Positions 60,235 to 64,000 of a DNA stretch of 64,000 nt are shown piece by piece; position 1 is the stretch's first letter, and each line of letters begins with the position of its first letter. The notes beneath the pieces are model-generated. The model worked only from the letters and a program-made list of their open reading frames with translations. It did not search any database and was not told the DNA's origin. Position numbers and translations under genes: made by a program. The DNA comes from Eledone cirrhosa (Eukaryota). The stretch lies in the NCBI GenBank assembly GCA_964016885.1, contig OZ024742.1, positions 148,366,001 through 148,430,000 of the forward strand, written 5' to 3'.

Positions 60235-61010
60235 TATGAATAAAATTAGTCCTTCATCAGTGATCTTCCAACCTTCATTGGTATTTCATCGCTTTAAAAA
60301 TCATATACCTCTGGTTGGTGCGAGCAATAACTAAATAAAGTTATTGGGCAAGTAAAATAGTGTGAAGCGAGCGAGACATGTAAACAAACCAAGATGGTAT
60401 TGCAACGGAAAGATAGGAAGAGACAAGTACATTATATCTATAAGCTTAAGCTTGGTGAATTCATGGATGAGAGATACAGACCATCCGACATGGGTGAGAT
60501 GTGAGCGAGAAAAGGATTTCACACTGGTCAAACGGGAGGAAGTGAGAGAGGGGGAGTGAGTGGAAGTGTGAGGAAGAGGCCAGCCGAGAGAGAGTGTGAC
60601 TGGCAGAGGGGGTATAAAGAAGGTGAGAGATACAGAGAGAGGGGAAGCAGTAAGAAAGAAACAGACAATCGCAGCTGAGGAAAAAATATAAATATAAGAA
60701 AAATGGAGTGCTGCTTGGTTGCACATGGGTTACATATGAATAAAATTAGTCCTTCATCAGTGATCTTCCAACCTTCATTGGTATTTCAACACTTTAAAAA
60801 TCATATACCTCTTTGTTTGTTTACATGTCTCGCTCGCTTCACACTATTTTACTTGTCCCAATAACTTTATTTAGTTATTGCTCGCACCAACCAGAGGTAT
60901 ATGATTTTTAAAGCGATGAAATACCAATGAAGGTTGGAAGATCACTGATGAAGGACTAATTTTATTCATATGTAACCCATGTGCAACCACGCAGCACTCC
61001 ATTTTCCCCT
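60235..61010. repeat. Complex direct and inverted triplication of a ~150-bp unit with a truncated CTGATGA-AGGAC half-ribozyme
   Basis: 60235-60390, 60735-60812 and inverted 60815-61010. Confidence 0.75.
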
Positions 61011-61020
61011 TATATATATA

Positions 61021-61140
<120 letters not shown>

Positions 61141-61280
61141 GTTGTTATTTGGTGTTGTTGAAAAGAGCAGTGGCCTTTGACCTGGCAATAAAAACTGGAG
61201 ACAAAATTCTTTCTGTACCAAAACCAAGGCACACACAAGTTTGAGTGTGTGTGGGTGTGCGCGCGTGCGCGTTTATGCGT

Positions 61281-61384
<104 letters not shown>

Positions 61385-64000
61385 CTATCTATGTATATAT
61401 AAAAGGAATACAGATATTGCTTTCTCAGTCACCAAGCTTCTCAATTCTTTCCTTGCTACTATTTTATTTTGCTACGAGGTATATTATTTTGCAAGGTACT
61501 ATTTTCCCCCTGAGTTTGTGATTTCAGAGAAAGGTAAGAAATTCTTCATATTTTGCATGTTTTGTATTTTGACTTTACAGTTTCAATTGTAGAATTGTCT
61601 ATCCACTCAAAATATTACAACAGCTAACAGTAAAAAAAAAGATTTGATCTCAGTCAAAAAAGCTTTTTTTTAAATATAAAAAAAAGCTTTTTTGACTGAA
61701 ATCAAATCTTTTTTTTTTATTTCAAAAATATATACTTTGAAATAGCTTGCTTTTGTTTTGGACTGAAACTTTTTTTGTATTTAATTCGTACCAGTATTTT
61801 TTAAAGATTCTAAAATAACTTGATATGGCCCAGTAATCTACTGATATCAAAATCAGTAGTATATTGAAAAATGGAAAAATAGGGTAGGGGGCGTTTCGTG
61901 ATTTGGTCGAAATGGGTTGAGAACCTTTGGTCTAGAATGACAAATATTGAAAAAGTTATCAGATCTTGGAACAACTGTGCAAAATATGAGATTTACAGCC
62001 TCCTCTTGTACAAATAAGTGTCCCGAATCCCTGCCTAGGGTAATATTACGTATGGACTAGTAATATGTGCACAGTGCTTGGAGTATGTTGATTATATTTG
62101 ACTCTATCACTAATTGGATTAAAACTTGTTTACTTTCCAACAGAAGCTCGGAAAACGTGAGGAAAAAAATTATTTCCAATCTTTTCTAGATTTGGCTTTC
62201 AAATGACAGAAATATCAAACAATGTACCGGAACTAATTGACTTAAAGGATTGGTTAAACCGACTTGTTTGCATGACAATTGAGAATTCTTACTACAATCC
62301 AAATTCAAATGGCGTGCCTAAATGTTAGAGTTCATTGATTGGAAAGTATGATTAGTATCTGTTGAAGGTTACTTCGTAGTGCAGTTGGTGCATGCAAAAT
62401 ATTTCCAGCTGAGAAATTACTTGGCAGACAATTAAAAGTAGTAGTAAATCATTTTTATCAGGTGAAGAAATGGATCATTAGAGGAACAATTCAATGAATT
62501 TTCTTGCAGGTGCACGTTACCTGATTCAGGCTGAGAGAAACACAATCACTATTAAACGTGAAGATGAAAAGGCTAAGTGAATGGTAATTTAACAAATAGT
62601 TTCTAAATATCCTTCCTCAAGCAAATTTGAAACCCATAATCTTAATCTTAATCCAATAAAATAAAGTAGTGACCTTTATGATGACGCTAAATATACTCAA
62701 TTTAAGATTATCAAATATCATTAAATTGATACAAGAATGTTATCTATAAACCGACATCCCCAATGTTATCATCTCTTACAAAGCTGCCACTTGATCATGT
62801 AGTCCTCTCTAGCAATATTTCTAACAACCCAGCTTCATTAGTTTCCTGAAATTCTACTACAGCAGCTAATATTCAATATTCAACACCTTCTATCCTGCCA
62901 ACACTATTAAGTCAAACTAATCTCCACAGCAACTTAATAGGTAATACTATACTACTACATACATGCTGCAAAATCCCAAAGGGAATTCAGAAGCCATAAC
63001 GATATAAAGACTAATATGATTTATGTTTTGTTTGAAGTAATGTTATATTTATAGTTTTCTGAATAAATGGTTATTTTCTTCTCTATACTTTTATTATATT
63101 TTACATGCATATGCAGTAAACAAGGGCCATGAATACAGTGTACTTGCTATTCGTATCTGCGGAACAGTGTTGGCATGTCGATTGGATAAAGTTATAACAG
63201 ACGTCGGGGGATTTCAGCTTACTGCTGATATTAGATTACTTACCCTACTCTCTATTACGCATGCCCTCCATGCATGTACTTGACTAAATGAATTACTTAT
63301 TATTGAGGATTTATTTAATTATTAAGCTATTTATAGTGCATACAAAAGTTGAAAATCTAAACTGATATGTTAATTTACATAACAATGCATGTGGATGACA
63401 ACGCGTAATAAATAATTCGCTAATAATGCACTTACTAACGTTTTGAATAATTTGAAAAGTGAAACATGGTTTTTTTTTTTAATAACTATAAAACTTAGTT
63501 TCGCAATTAAAAGTTTTAAAATTTGAGGTTACAGTACATTTTTTAACTAACTCGTGGGACTTAATCTATAATATTCACCCCAATACGTTTTTTTAAATTT
63601 AATCAATACTGCTATTTGTTTTATCGATCTCTATCTGTTAAACAGCTATGTTATGGGATATGAACATAAACACATATATAGTTTAATTTAATTGTTGATC
63701 GTAAATCATTGCCTTTCCAACCAAGCTAAAATGTAAATGAAGAACAATAAATACTGTGGTGCTGATTTGTTTTGTGAGCTTTTGGATATGAAATCCTGTG
63801 TTGAAACAGATATTGTTTTATTTGGGGAGAGTCGTGTTGTCCTAATATTGCCCCAAATCCCAAAATAATAAAACACACTCACTGTTTGGTTTGGGTTCGT
63901 TTTCGCTTCAGTATATTTTATTTAACATCATTCTAGCGGGTCCGGGTAAGTTTTACATTCATTTAATTTATTAATTTATTGATATTTTATTTGAGTGACC

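Overview
AT-rich animal genomic DNA with no host protein-coding gene that I can support. It is a mosaic of (AT)n, (TG)n, (TATG)n and (CT)n microsatellites and transposable elements. The repeat landscape resembles an octopus/cephalopod genome (inference from SINE types and microsatellite load, not verified). Most ORFs in the supplied track are microsatellite artefacts. Large elements: a near-intact RTE-clade LINE with one in-frame stop (4696-8005, -), a frameshifted Neptune-type Penelope element (15857-20237, +), a long CR1-type LINE with CCCH-finger ORF1 (38290-43320, -), and a 5'-truncated CRE-clade LINE nested in a 4.85-kb hAT-Charlie element with a perfect 8-bp TSD (57078-61929). Smaller elements: Helitron, mariner, Tigger and Charlie pieces plus many tRNA-SINEs. 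The most striking unannotated signal, read by eye, is about 18 complete and about 7 degenerate type-I hammerhead ribozyme motifs from many unrelated families. They sit in short (AT)n-flanked islands that often fold back as inverted repeats. They include recurrent core variants (UUGAUAA, CAGAAGA, possibly CAGUUGA), and some copies end at or near the predicted self-cleavage site. All structures were folded manually and none is experimentally confirmed.
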